A DNA stretch of 62,494 nucleotides, filler included, from Globobulimina sp. (Eukaryota), in the NCBI GenBank assembly GCA_003354225.1. It is 21 parts of 21 records of this genome, joined end to end, with 100 filler letters (N's around TTAATTAATTAA, not from the genome) between each part and the next. Parts side by side here need not be neighbours in the genome. Positions count along the whole stretch, not along the records: positions 47,704 to 50,582 come from PIVH01004518.1; positions 50,683 to 53,561 come from PIVH01004519.1; positions 53,662 to 56,539 come from PIVH01004520.1; positions 56,640 to 59,517 come from PIVH01004521.1; positions 59,618 to 62,494 come from PIVH01004522.1; 16 more parts are not named here. The stretch is one strand, 5' to 3'. How positions within the stretch are numbered: the stretch's first letter is position 1; every line of letters begins with the position of its first letter. Of the stretch, positions 49,171 through 60,952 are shown piece by piece. The translations under genes and the position numbers were made by a program. Below the pieces are notes generated by a model that searched no databases, was not told where the DNA came from, and saw nothing but the letters and a program-made list of their open reading frames with translations.

Positions 49171-50424
49171 GTGGTACCCAAATCCCCGCCACCCAAAGTA
49201 CCCAGAACTCGTTGCCTCCAAACTGAACAAAATAACATCCCCAAAGCCAGAGAGATAACACACTCACAAAGTGTACCCGAAGAAAGCAAAGAAAACAAAG
49301 AAGGCGCAAACAACACTACCAATACAGCGCCAAAACCGCTGCCATTGTCGCTAGCCCAATATATTAACGAATCATACGCATCGACCCCAATCCATTTAGG
49401 CAGCCTTCAAAACTTAGAATGGAAGCCATTGTACAGTGACGATTTCTGGTCGAAGCCGGCTTTACTTTTCCATGAAGCGTTCAGCGATGCCTTTGTAAAA
49501 AAAATGCACGCTACGCGCAAGTCGACCGGCTTGAAAATAGGGGAATGGAACATTGACGATGACGAAAAGTGCACTGATAACCAACCTATAACTTATGTGC
49601 GAAAATCAGAATACATCTCGAAAATCAAGGATCCGCCACCTTTTATGCCAGCAAAAACGGAGGTTTATGAGACGCAGAGATTCAGATTTTATGGGCGCGA
49701 TCGCGTAGTGGTTGACGCCGCAATCTCTACTCCAAATATTAAATACGGCGACTATTTCATCATTAGTCAACGATACGTGTTTACTGTGAATGAGCGCGAC
49801 GAGAATAAGACACATATGGACTGCTCGCTGGCCATCAAATGGGTAAAAAAAACCTGGTTTGAGAAGATCATTACATCCAAAGCCACGTCGGAGGCCGAAC
49901 AAGGAGTGGCGATGTGGTGCAGTAAGTTGCACGAGATATTCCTGCCGAAAATATCCAAGCAAGAGATGTTAATTAAACAGATATCAAAGAAAGACTTATT
50001 GCCTTCGCCCAGACGGCGCGTGATCGATAAGAAGGTCATCGATTATTTTCATGCGCCAATGATACAAAGGAGTCGGCGCGATGTCATCGTGGATGATTGG
50101 CTCAGACCGTGTGGTGAGTTGTTGGTGGATGTTTTGAAGGTGGTTTGTAGGAAATCTTCGTGGACCAATTTGTATAACGTTTTTTTGCAGATTAATGATG
50201 TAGAACAAGATGACAATTTGATTACGGTTAAACATGGAGTAATGGCGATTGTGTTGGTTGTGTTGCTGTTTGTTGTGTGTAATATGGGTTGGATGCTTAT
50301 GTGGTACTGGTATTCATCGTCGTTGAGTGCTGTTATTCGGCAACAAAATGAAATATTACAAGAACAATCTCAAGTGTTTGAACAGTTGTTGTTGTTTTTG
50401 AAGCAGGATAAATGTGTAAAATGA
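49171..50424 (+). CDS. VASt (StART-like sterol transfer) domain protein with C-terminal TM; 5' end uncertain
   Basis: TPNIKYGDYF.I.QRY, IKWVKKTWFEKII, then TM and coiled coil. Confidence 0.75.
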   Translation: MVPKSPPPKVPRTRCLQTEQNNIPKAREITHSQSVPEESKENKEGANNTTNTAPKPLPLSLAQYINESYASTPIHLGSLQNLEWKPLYSDDFWSKPALLFHEAFSDAFVKKMHATRKSTGLKIGEWNIDDDEKCTDNQPITYVRKSEYISKIKDPPPFMPAKTEVYETQRFRFYGRDRVVVDAAISTPNIKYGDYFIISQRYVFTVNERDENKTHMDCSLAIKWVKKTWFEKIITSKATSEAEQGVAMWCSKLHEIFLPKISKQEMLIKQISKKDLLPSPRRRVIDKKVIDYFHAPMIQRSRRDVIVDDWLRPCGELLVDVLKVVCRKSSWTNLYNVFLQINDVEQDDNLITVKHGVMAIVLVVLLFVVCNMGWMLMWYWYSSSLSAVIRQQNEILQEQSQVFEQLLLFLKQDKCVK

Positions 50425-51178
50425 TCGAGTGTTGGTAGTCAATGATGGTTTTGTAAGATTATTGTGTGATTGTAAGTGTATAAATATTGTTTTCTGTTTA
50501 TTTTTTTGTACTAGATTGTATCCTTAATTTATTATCCATTTACATGTTAGAAATGCAACTGTTGTCACCGTCTTCAGCACTGNNNNNNNNNNNNNNNNNN
50601 NNNNNNNNNNNNNNNNNNNNNNNNNNTTAATTAATTAANNNNNNNNNNNNNNNNNNNNNNNNNNNNNNNNNNNNNNNNNNNNCTGAGACACCCATTAATT
50701 CCATGCGTCGTTTTAACTCATCAATGTCAGTTGGGATTGACATGATGTTTGCTTATTTAGTTTGTGTGTTAGATGGAGTGACTTCGTTGTAAAAAGATGC
50801 TGTTTGTAAAAAGTGACTTTCATAAAATAAGCAATGAGCGAGATGCTGTTTGTATGGTTTCAAACTCAAAAAATATGTGCGATAAGGCGCAACACCATCG
50901 CGTTCATTATTTATTTTATAAATGTTCTTTGTTTGTTGAAATACATCAATATTAACTGTGTGTTGTCGTGGTGTGAAGTATTCTGATCGATATTAAATAA
51001 TTTGACTGTGTTGGAATTTGATTGTTTTTGTGTCGGAAAATTGTAAATAAAATGGTTACGCCGCTCCAGTTGATGTTTCTATGAATTATTGGATAGACGT
51101 CAACAAATGATGCGCACCTATTAGATGACACAGTTTTAATTGTGCAATTTGTGCTCAGTTACTTCAGTCTTAATTTAG

Positions 51179-52872
51179 ATGTCAACTATCCACACAGAAG
51201 CGAGCCTGGCCGCAAGCGAACTGGAGCCATCAGCCAGTGGTGTTTACGATTATAGCGAGTCGATCAATGACCACGACGAGAAATTAGACGAAGGCCTCCG
51301 TGCACCAATACCAATCCATGACGATGCCTATGACTTCGACACCTCCTTATTATCCGACAACGAGTTAGAAGCATTTGTGAAGACCAAACATTACGGTGGC
51401 AAATCCTCGTCCATCCCGCATAATTTACAGACTATATTCCAGCGCTGCACTGGTTATAACAAATGGACCTCTTCCATTTATAAACAGACCCAAACCAAAA
51501 GCGAGGAAACTCTGAAACACAAATCACAAACTCCACACTCACATTATTACAACAGCAATTTTAAAACCTCTGCCTTTTCGACATTGCCTCAAATACAGTC
51601 CTCAGACACAACAATATTACAACAGGAAGAGTCGTACGTCGATGATCAGTCTGTGTTACAGTCGCAAAACTCGCTGAATCATCCACATCCAATCTTGAAT
51701 CAACCCGAACAGTCACCATTTGCCATGGTATATCTTCTAAATACGACGTACGAATATTCGCATATTAAATACACAGATAACACCGGATCTGGATGAAAGT
51801 TTTAAATCTCGTAAAGCAACGTTGCCCTTTCCAGTGTCGCCCAGTACCACCAAAGAAAAGGAAAAAAAAGAAAAAGAAACTGAGAGCGCAGCAGATGCGC
51901 AGGAATGCACCGTCAAGGAATTGATGCAAATGGTGGGCAATTTAACGAGCGAAGTGATCAATTTGCAGCAAAATATATATATCAAAGACATAATGATTAA
52001 AAATATGTATTTACGGTCCAAGGAATTTAACCATATCTCGTTCCCACATTTGGTGATTGAGCGCATTCATATTGTCGCCAATTATAATAATAAGCATAAA
52101 TATTCGCATAAATACCGTTTCAGGTAAAGTCCGCGGAACGTTTTCGCAAAAATATAAATACGAAAAAATCCGATACATTTTTGGTGTATGTTTTTGCGAA
52201 AATATATCCGAGAAAATCCGAAAACTTTTTTATAACTTTTATAGTAATAAATATGGCCCGGATCGGAAGCGTATGACACTGAGCGAAGAGGATTCGGTAT
52301 CGCACGGAGGTGGAAATACGATGAAAGTAAGCAATAATTCGTACACATTATCGATCAAACATCATAGTACGGTCACATTGGAAGTGATTACGCGTTGGTT
52401 GCCGAGGTATAGTTTAACATCGGCGGTGAAAAAGGGATTATTGTTTATTACATCGGATGACATCTCTGACATCGATGATTATTTAATTCATCAAATGTAT
52501 AATGATTGGAATGATAAATTAAAAAATAAAACTATCAATGGATTGGATAAAATGAAAAAAGATGATGTGCATAAACAATTAGTTAATTATATGCAACATG
52601 AACGTGTTGGATTGATTCGGATTGAGATTTTGCGCGGAAAGAAATATAAAAAATATAAACGGATTGAAAAGAAATTCGAGTCTTTGATTATTCCCATTGC
52701 TGATATTCCAAAGGGAGATACTTATCATATTTTAATTAAAGTACATAATCCATCTGCGAGTATATGGGGGCCGTTATCGAATATGGTGTCGATTAAAGTG
52801 CCACTTAAGTTTATCGATGATGATGATACGGATAATGAAACTACAAAAAAAACTTATAAAACGAAAAGATAA
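51179..52872 (+). CDS. Multi-exon hypothetical protein with FN3-like C-terminal strands
   Basis: Three same-strand ORFs separated by GT-AG intron-like gaps; YHILIKVHN...WGPLSN. Confidence 0.45.
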
Positions 52873-52954
52873 TTGTTTAAAATTTTAGCTCTGGTTTTTT
52901 ACTAATTTCTGATAAAGTTTTTCTGGTGGTTTTTTTCAAAAAATAAAGTTTAAA

Positions 52955-53473
52955 ATGTGTAAGGATTGTTGTGTTGAGGCTTATGTGGATCGTGGAGAGA
53001 CTGTGCATGAATCAGGTGCCTATTTGGTGAATTTTAAAAAATGTGGGAAGTGTGGGGTTAGAACAATGATGAAGGTAAAAAATAAGAATGTGAATGGTGA
53101 TGAATACAAAGATGATGAGGTTGAGATAACATTTGATCATCATTGTTCAAAATGTGATCATAAAATTTGTGCCCATTTTTATTCGTATGAATTGGATCAA
53201 GATGATAATTATCATAAATATTTGATGGAATGTATGTTATGTGGGAGAGGAGCGCATGAACAGTTTGCTGGGATCAAAGAAATGTATCCCGCAGATGTGC
53301 TAGCAAAGAATAAAAATGATAATGAAGTAAAAAATGATGAGGACAAAAATGATACAAATGAAGAGAGCAAAACAATTGTGTTAGATTTATCGGGAATGGA
53401 GCAGTTAAATTCAAAAATTACAAATGGGGATAAACCAACGGATAATGTTAATGATGATGAATGGGATGATTGA
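52955..53473 (+). CDS. CHURC1: Churchill zinc-binding protein homologue
   Basis: MC.DC....DRG....E.G.YL.NF..C..C, ITFDH.C..C.H....H.Y, Y.MECMLCGRG. Confidence 0.85.
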   Translation: MCKDCCVEAYVDRGETVHESGAYLVNFKKCGKCGVRTMMKVKNKNVNGDEYKDDEVEITFDHHCSKCDHKICAHFYSYELDQDDNYHKYLMECMLCGRGAHEQFAGIKEMYPADVLAKNKNDNEVKNDEDKNDTNEESKTIVLDLSGMEQLNSKITNGDKPTDNVNDDEWDD

Positions 53474-53823
53474 TATACTGCGTTGATCATCATTCCACTG
53501 ACCGCTATGCGCGCCAAAAAGAGTGTTTTTGTATTGCAAATCATCTCCACTAACAAATTTANNNNNNNNNNNNNNNNNNNNNNNNNNNNNNNNNNNNNNN
53601 NNNNNTTAATTAATTAANNNNNNNNNNNNNNNNNNNNNNNNNNNNNNNNNNNNNNNNNNNNTCCCCATATTTAACGAAGTCATTCCCCCCACTCCACCCA
53701 TCATAGGCATACCCATGCCACTGCTCTGAGAGTTAAACCTCGACTCTGGCTGTATACAAATTTGTGTTTTTATATCGTTTATATTTTATCCTCGCACATA
53801 TACAGTATCCTCGCACAAAAACA

Positions 53824-55722
53824 CTAAACTGGCACAACCGTATTAATGTCAATACTATACGCCGCATCTGGTGCATTTGGATCATAATCACAAATCTCAT
53901 GAAACTTGTCCATATTCACTTGACTCGCGGGGAAAATCACTCTCTGTCCATTCTTCAACCTACACCGTCTCATCTTGACTCTCCACGGCGAGTGCAACGG
54001 TCCCTTCTCGCCGCCACTATACAATCCGCCATGATACCCACCACTATTCCCCTTAGCATCCGTCCCCAACATATTCTCGATCGCCTCATGCGCCATACTG
54101 TGCCCTTTCCCTTTCACCTTCGCCAAGGGCTTATTCTCAAACTGCGTACCATGATATATAGGCATCCCATGTCCAAATAAATTGGGAGTATATCCCATCG
54201 ACGCATAGGGCAAAGCCGCCCGCAGATACGGCGACCGCATCATATTCAAATAGCCCATCATTTGTGGGTTAACCCCCATCATTTGCGAATATCTGCTCAG
54301 CATATTATGCAGTCCCATACCTTTGCCCCCATTCATCATCATCGGCATTAGTCCTCGCAACGAGGGATTTAGCATCAACATGTTCATCATCATGGGATTG
54401 CTCAATCCCTGCATCGGATGCTTGGTGTCGTGTATATTGTGTTCTTTATACGTTTTCTTCTTCAAAGCATCCGCATCCAACTTGCCATCTGCATCGATAT
54501 CATCGTTCATATTGGTCATACCTGGACGTAGATACACATTGCCTTTGGCGTCAGTTTGATGTGGCACGTTGCCGGTAATTTTATCCTTGTCCTTCTCACT
54601 GGGCGGCGCCACTACATTTGGCGCAGACTCAGCCTCATTAAACTCAGATTTTACGCGTGCAGGGTGGTAGCGGAAATCCTGTACACCTTTCATGCGGTGA
54701 GAGAGCATGGTATTGGACTGTTGTGGGTATACAGTGCCATAATCGAGGTAGTCCGCCTCCGGCGTACGGCCCCACAGTTTATTCCAATTACCAGGCAAGT
54801 CTTTGATACGTGGCGCTCCACGCGGCCGTTTATTGGGTATGTATAAGCTTAAGGCATGGTGCGGGTCGCTGGGCCACGCCGCATTTTGTGTGCCCGGCGG
54901 GATGACTAATTTGGGGCCTTTATAGCGTACGCGTCCATAGCTCAAATCCTTGACATGGTGGTTGTAATGATCTAACTCGTTCCACATATCGTCCAATCGA
55001 TCTTGGATTTGCGGCGCGGGGTCGCTGTTTTGCACGATTTTGGGCCGGATATGATGGTTATCCATGTATCGAGGCTCGTGATGGGCATTGATCTTCTTCC
55101 AATCTTTGTCTTTGGTGAAGTCAAAGACCATGCCATGGTACGCCACACTGAATGTGTTGCCAAAGGTGTTCATTTTGCCTGTTTTCATGGCAGATTCTAA
55201 CTCTTCGCGAGTTAATATATGCGGATGCGGTTTGTTGTAGAATAAGTGTTGCATTTCTTCAGTATTTATGTGTTTCATGTTAAAGGATTCCTTGTTGTGT
55301 TTTTTTTTGAAATTGATGACAAATCCACCGTTTTTATCATCGACAGGGGAGCCTTTCACTTCGTGTGTCGGGTCTTTGATGTCTGTGTTGGCCTCGGCTT
55401 TGGTTTTGCCAATGACGCATAGTTTGTGGTCTAAGATGGAGAGACTGTGAGTGCAGGCATGGGGCAATTTAGCTGCGGTATAATCTGCATCTGCAAACCA
55501 GTCCGCTGCATCGTCCCAATTGAATTCATACTCATCGTAGTATAAGGTGTAATCAGTTAAGTCATCTTCTTGTTCGTTTTCAAAATCATCTGTATTGTAT
55601 GCATTGGTGTCATAATATGTATAGTCTATGTTTTTATAATTTCGTATTAGCTTAGATTGGGTTGCAATTGATCTTGCGATTGAGAAATAAAATATGAATA
55701 TCGATATATAGTATATATTCAT
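53824..55722 (-). CDS. Putative secreted protein with Asp/Tyr-rich and Met/Gly-rich regions
   Basis: 632-aa ORF, hydrophobic N-terminus, DDLTDYTLYYDEYEF, PMMMNMLM; 3' end may be spliced. Confidence 0.6.
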   Translation of the reverse strand: MNIYYISIFIFYFSIARSIATQSKLIRNYKNIDYTYYDTNAYNTDDFENEQEDDLTDYTLYYDEYEFNWDDAADWFADADYTAAKLPHACTHSLSILDHKLCVIGKTKAEANTDIKDPTHEVKGSPVDDKNGGFVINFKKKHNKESFNMKHINTEEMQHLFYNKPHPHILTREELESAMKTGKMNTFGNTFSVAYHGMVFDFTKDKDWKKINAHHEPRYMDNHHIRPKIVQNSDPAPQIQDRLDDMWNELDHYNHHVKDLSYGRVRYKGPKLVIPPGTQNAAWPSDPHHALSLYIPNKRPRGAPRIKDLPGNWNKLWGRTPEADYLDYGTVYPQQSNTMLSHRMKGVQDFRYHPARVKSEFNEAESAPNVVAPPSEKDKDKITGNVPHQTDAKGNVYLRPGMTNMNDDIDADGKLDADALKKKTYKEHNIHDTKHPMQGLSNPMMMNMLMLNPSLRGLMPMMMNGGKGMGLHNMLSRYSQMMGVNPQMMGYLNMMRSPYLRAALPYASMGYTPNLFGHGMPIYHGTQFENKPLAKVKGKGHSMAHEAIENMLGTDAKGNSGGYHGGLYSGGEKGPLHSPWRVKMRRCRLKNGQRVIFPASQVNMDKFHEICDYDPNAPDAAYSIDINTVVPV

Positions 55723-56123
55723 TGCTATTGCAGTTAGATTTTATATTTTATATTTTCAAGGTTATTAACACATATTGTCGGTGCTAAAAAACCAAAATAT
55801 ATCCCTTTGTAGTCTTGAGACCCTCTTTTCCTGGTTCTTTGGGTTCAAGCTACGAAGCAATGATAGAAAAAAAGATATTTTGGCAGGAAAAACTTTACTC
55901 AAAACTTTAACATCCAATACTCATTTTTACAATGACACAACCTTTAGTATATGTATCATCACCAAATGTATCAAGTCGACAAAGCAAAACAACAAATAAG
56001 CCGCGTAGAAGAAGAAGACCAAATAAAAATAAAGGTATAAACAACTGTACAAACAAACCAACACAAACCAAACTTGCTTAAAATACAAATTTAGGGAACA
56101 AATCAATTCATTCTGATATTGCA

Positions 56124-56539
56124 ATGGATAATAATGATAGCAATGTGCATTCCACACAAACAACTCGAACAAGGAGAAAACCTAAACAACGTATGAGTAT
56201 ACAATCAAATTCAATTCAAACTTATAACAAACTGTTTTTAGCGACAAAATGTAAACTACGTGTACAAAAATCAAAGGAAATGGAAATGAGTGGTGAAGAA
56301 AATGAATTAAATAATAATGGCAACCATGATGATAATGACATGCCAATGGCGGATTTACAATATAATGATTCAGAAACACAATCGGAAGATGACAATAAAG
56401 AAATTGGTTTAAATCCAATTAAAATTGTATCCAAATTAAGGAAAGTTCATTCACAAGCATGTGACGAGGAGAATGCAAATAGAAATCTTGGTTTTCACAT
56501 AAATGCGATTCCACCAAAAATTAGAAAGAAATCAGCAAA
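56124..56539 (+). CDS. Hypothetical protein N-terminus (truncated)
   Basis: Open frame to the contig edge, low complexity. Confidence 0.4.
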
Positions 56540-56639
56540 NNNNNNNNNNNNNNNNNNNNNNNNNNNNNNNNNNNNNNNNNNNNTTAATTAATTAANNNNN
56601 NNNNNNNNNNNNNNNNNNNNNNNNNNNNNNNNNNNNNNN

Positions 56640-58274
56640 ATTCATAATCAATATAATCAATTAACCCAACAAAATGACTGTTATATTGACGCAATAAAAG
56701 CAAAACACAGATTCAAATCAAATTTATCCTCCATAAAATATGATGCATTATCAACAAAATATAAATTCGTATCCTCGCAAAATATTAAATTGCTAAAACA
56801 ATCGAACTTATCTAAATCCCAAATATTATTAATGTCAAAAGACACAGATATTGCATCACAGTACGAATCCATAATAATCTCATTATTAAAATATAATAAT
56901 AATTTCTCTAAAAATTGTAAGAACGAATTAAACAAAAAACAGGAGATATTATGTAAATTAATCGCAGATAATAATAAAATACGATCAATGTATCAAAAGG
57001 TAAAGAAAATAGTCACTGATTTGGATGATAAAATTATTCAATTAACCCTGAAAAATAACAAATTAAATACAATCATTGAACAAAATGACATCGCCACAAG
57101 CAAAATGCAACAACATTTTCAAAAAGACATTGCAAGCAAAGCACGCGTGATTGAAAAACTTGAAATGCAAATTGAACAAATCATAAATAATAACAATAGC
57201 AATGAAAATGCAAATGATTTATTAAAAGACCAAAATGAAATATTTCAGACCCAAACCAAGGTGCTAAAAAACGAGAAAGTGACCTTACAAACGGAGATAA
57301 AACATTTAAGTGATAAATTGTTGAATAAAAATGATTATATCAGCGCCTTAAAAAAACAAATTGAAGATAATAACAAAAATATCAATAAATTAAATCGAGA
57401 GAATGCAAACATGCAATCACGTAATAAAAACGGAGAGAAAATGTTGGATGCAAATAATGATAATTTCAAGAAATTGAGTGAGAAATATAGCATATTACAA
57501 GGCAAAACGCAGAAATTAGCCACTAAATTAAAACAAACCTATTCCGATAAGAAACAATTAAAAAAAGACTGCAATGGAATAAGAAAAGAAATGCAAAAAT
57601 TAAGAGAAGAGAATGTACGGATTGATGCAGAGACTGATAAACGGAGCGATTCCTTACAAGTCGCAATTGATAAATACAAAGAAAAAATATTAAAAAGAAA
57701 CCAACAAATGAATGAATTGCAAAATACGGTAAATATGCGAGAGGATGATATTAATTCCTATCAGCAGCAAATTGCTTTATTGCAGAAAGAAAACGAACAA
57801 CAAAAGTTTTTAATTGAACATTTAGAAATTGATAACAATGAACATGACAAAGTTGAAACGAAACGAAGAGAGATTCGTCAAAAAAAGAGGAATGAGTATG
57901 ACCAATATATCAATGACAATGTCTCTGATAAGCGTCAATGTGAACAAGTTTTGCAGGAAATTGAAGATGACGACGAGTATGATGATGATGATGAGGATGA
58001 AGATGATGACTTGAATGTACATAATGGGCATACTGTGAATCGATTGAGTGGGAGCAAAAGAAGACGGAGTGTTGATATTAATGAGATGGATGAGACTGAA
58101 GATATGGAATATGAACCACCAAAAAAGAAAGCCAGAACACGTGCAAATAAAAAAGATAATAGAAAAGATAGAGACATTAGCAACACACCGTTTAAAGCAA
58201 GTAAATCCATATTTAAATCAAGGAAACAAAGAAATAAAACGAATATTAATTTACCCAAACCACGATTAGTATGA
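56640..58274 (+). CDS. Long coiled-coil protein with acidic patch and NLS-like tail (5'-truncated)
   Basis: Heptad-rich K/E/Q/N sequence; EPPKKKAR. Confidence 0.65.
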   Translation: MHNQYNQLTQQNDCYIDAIKAKHRFKSNLSSIKYDALSTKYKFVSSQNIKLLKQSNLSKSQILLMSKDTDIASQYESIIISLLKYNNNFSKNCKNELNKKQEILCKLIADNNKIRSMYQKVKKIVTDLDDKIIQLTLKNNKLNTIIEQNDIATSKMQQHFQKDIASKARVIEKLEMQIEQIINNNNSNENANDLLKDQNEIFQTQTKVLKNEKVTLQTEIKHLSDKLLNKNDYISALKKQIEDNNKNINKLNRENANMQSRNKNGEKMLDANNDNFKKLSEKYSILQGKTQKLATKLKQTYSDKKQLKKDCNGIRKEMQKLREENVRIDAETDKRSDSLQVAIDKYKEKILKRNQQMNELQNTVNMREDDINSYQQQIALLQKENEQQKFLIEHLEIDNNEHDKVETKRREIRQKKRNEYDQYINDNVSDKRQCEQVLQEIEDDDEYDDDDEDEDDDLNVHNGHTVNRLSGSKRRRSVDINEMDETEDMEYEPPKKKARTRANKKDNRKDRDISNTPFKASKSIFKSRKQRNKTNINLPKPRLV

Positions 58275-58584
58275 TGACAACTTTTTTTTTCCCTTTTTCT
58301 TTTTCTTTTTTGTTTAAATAACATGTTTAACCCGGAGATTGTGTATAATATTTATTTGCTTTTTTTAATACTGTTCCAAACGCTATTGTGTCACGGTAAA
58401 ATTGGTGGGAGTGTTTATTTTATTTAACTTTTAACCTTGTGCTGTATATATAAATCTGCCTTTTGATACATTAAAAAAAAAAAAAAGTGTGGTGCATTAA
58501 ACACAAAAGTCAAGGTCAAAATGATGAAAAATGGAGTTTTATTTTACTTGTCTTTCTGATTTGTGTAAGTTAGTAGGAGTAAAC

Positions 58585-59517
58585 ATGGCTTATTCTCAAC
58601 AACAACAACAACAGTATCACCATACGCAATATGATACAGAAAATAATTACAAAACCCCGCCCCCAATGCGCTCTGTTCAGCGAAAGAAAGATTCAATACC
58701 AACAGCAGTAAACAATATTGTATTAAAACAGCAACAACCAAAGTATACATCACATAACAATCAAAATAATCAAACTAATCAAAACAAGCAAAACAATCCT
58801 AATATTAATGGTTATTATCAGTCGCAACCATTTCAACCTCCAATCAGTCGACGCCAATACCATAGTACGGGGCCAGTGCCACCGCCAATAACATCATCCC
58901 ATAAACAACATATTAAGCAAAACAAACGGCCACCAAACAATAAATCCGCTCCCAAACCATACAACTCTTCTTCGTCAGAGGATGGCGTGGAAGAAGAATT
59001 CGACCAACATGGACAAGTTGTAATTAATGTATCTTATTTAAACTATTCAAATAACACACAATATCAATCCAACCCACCTCCTCACACTGTTAAGTATCGC
59101 TGTATGCGAAATTGCGATATGTGATAAGTTATAAATGTTTTTACGCGAAATCGCATATAATTATATAGTACAATGACCACAATAATAACTACAACAACGG
59201 CTATCAAAATGGATATAATAACGAGCCTCACCCGAACCAGAACCCTCAACGTGGCTATGTGCCACCATACGCCTCCTATAACAATAACAACCATAACCAA
59301 CACAGCTCACATAATTCATACAATAATTATAATCCGCCACCACGCCGCATTCATACTCACAAACCGCCACCACCACCGCTACCAAAACATAAAATGCAAA
59401 ATTACGGCGCTAAAGCAAGCCCCAATAATGGCTATCCCATTAACCCCAATCATCACAACCTATATAATAAACCACCTCCAAATCACAAATCACCTCCAAA
59501 TCACATGCAACAACAAC
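58585..59517 (+). CDS. Pro/Gln/Asn/His-rich low-complexity protein, spliced and truncated
   Basis: MAYSQQQQQQ; intron-like GTTAAG..ATATAG at ~59089-59168. Confidence 0.45.
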
Positions 59518-59617
59518 NNNNNNNNNNNNNNNNNNNNNNNNNNNNNNNNNNNNNNNNNNNNTTAATTAATTAANNNNNNNNNNNNNNNNNNNNNNNNNNN
59601 NNNNNNNNNNNNNNNNN

Positions 59618-60943
59618 GGCGGTGATCTGATGCAAATAGAGGGTTTGCGGGAAGAAACACAACGCACTGTAGACCTTGCCAAGAAGATCGAAGCGGCTCC
59701 TGACTTTGCATCAAAGCAAGCCGTTATTCAAAAGGAAGCTTCCACGGCTATTACCAACGGTGCGGACCCTCAACAGTTTATTGATTTAAAGAACAAATCT
59801 AAAGACGAGCTAGACGCGGCTGTCTTGAAGGCACAGACAACGAGTACTGAAGTCTTAAAGGCATTGCCTAAACCTCCAGCTTTTTTAGCCACACCGGAGC
59901 AACGGGCGGCGTTTGGACGTTTGGCGGTTAGTAATCCAAAGGCTGCAAATGCTTTGTTATCGGCGGAGAAGCTGAAAGCTGAACAAGCACAAGCGCAAGA
60001 AACGTTTGAGCCTGTTTTAAATGAAGCGGGGGATATTGTAGGCCAAAGGTCCACAACCACAGGCCGTGTTGTCTCAGACCCTCGCACAACAGCCAGAGCA
60101 GCCCCTACAACACCATTAGGCAGGGCTCGGCAAGACCTAGACGCCGGGTTTATTACACAGCAAGAATTTAACGCCATGAAGAAGGCCCCTACTAAATTCA
60201 AATCTACCGTTGGAAACCTTATAGGCGATAAAAAATTAGCTGTTGAAACCTTTGGGCCAGATAGTGATGAAGTTAAGGTTATTGACACGGCTATCAAGGC
60301 AGCAACGCGGGGCAAAACAGTACCCCCTAAGTTTGAAACCTTTGTTGGCACTGATGGCGTACCATTTGACATTGATATAGCTTCGCCAGAGGGTGCGGCG
60401 TTGGCAAAGAAAACAATTGCAGAAGGCGGCAGAAAAGGCCAAGCGGAAGACAAAAAGATAACTGCTGATCAAAGAAAAGCGGCGTCTTTTGCTGTTCGCA
60501 CCGACGAAGCATCTAAAACAATTAACTCATTAGGTACGCAATTTACAGAGTTTGGTTCTGGTGTTGGCGGGTTATTGCCCAATATCTTTAAAAGTTCTGA
60601 CAGACAAAGATTTGAACAAGCGGAACGAAACTTTATTAACGCTATTCTACGTAGGGAATCAGGCGCGGCTATTGCTGAATCAGAATTTGATAACGCGCGT
60701 GTTCAATACATCCCACAGCCAGGAGATACAGAGGAAAATTTAGCTCAAAAAGCTAGAAACCGTCTTGCAGTATCAACGGCGCTTAATGTGGAAGCAGGAC
60801 GGGCTGCAAGTCAATTGCGAGAGGCTTTACCTCAAACGATACTTATTCAAGGCGTAGAAAGAAATGTCGGAGACACAATAACAAATAGTGCTGGTCAACG
60901 TGGCAGATTAGAAGCAGATGGTACAATAACGGTTCTTCCGTAA
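59618..60943 (+). CDS. Phage internal virion/DNA-ejection-like protein (5'-truncated)
   Basis: Ala-rich helical sequence, motif NAILRRESGAAI..SEF..A..QY.PQPGD, no introns, higher GC than the eukaryotic contigs. Confidence 0.55.
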   Translation, partial: GGDLMQIEGLREETQRTVDLAKKIEAAPDFASKQAVIQKEASTAITNGADPQQFIDLKNKSKDELDAAVLKAQTTSTEVLKALPKPPAFLATPEQRAAFGRLAVSNPKAANALLSAEKLKAEQAQAQETFEPVLNEAGDIVGQRSTTTGRVVSDPRTTARAAPTTPLGRARQDLDAGFITQQEFNAMKKAPTKFKSTVGNLIGDKKLAVETFGPDSDEVKVIDTAIKAATRGKTVPPKFETFVGTDGVPFDIDIASPEGAALAKKTIAEGGRKGQAEDKKITADQRKAASFAVRTDEASKTINSLGTQFTEFGSGVGGLLPNIFKSSDRQRFEQAERNFINAILRRESGAAIAESEFDNARVQYIPQPGDTEENLAQKARNRLAVSTALNVEAGRAASQLREALPQTILIQGVERNVGDTITNSAGQRGRLEADGTITVLP

Positions 60944-60952
60944 AGGTTTGGT

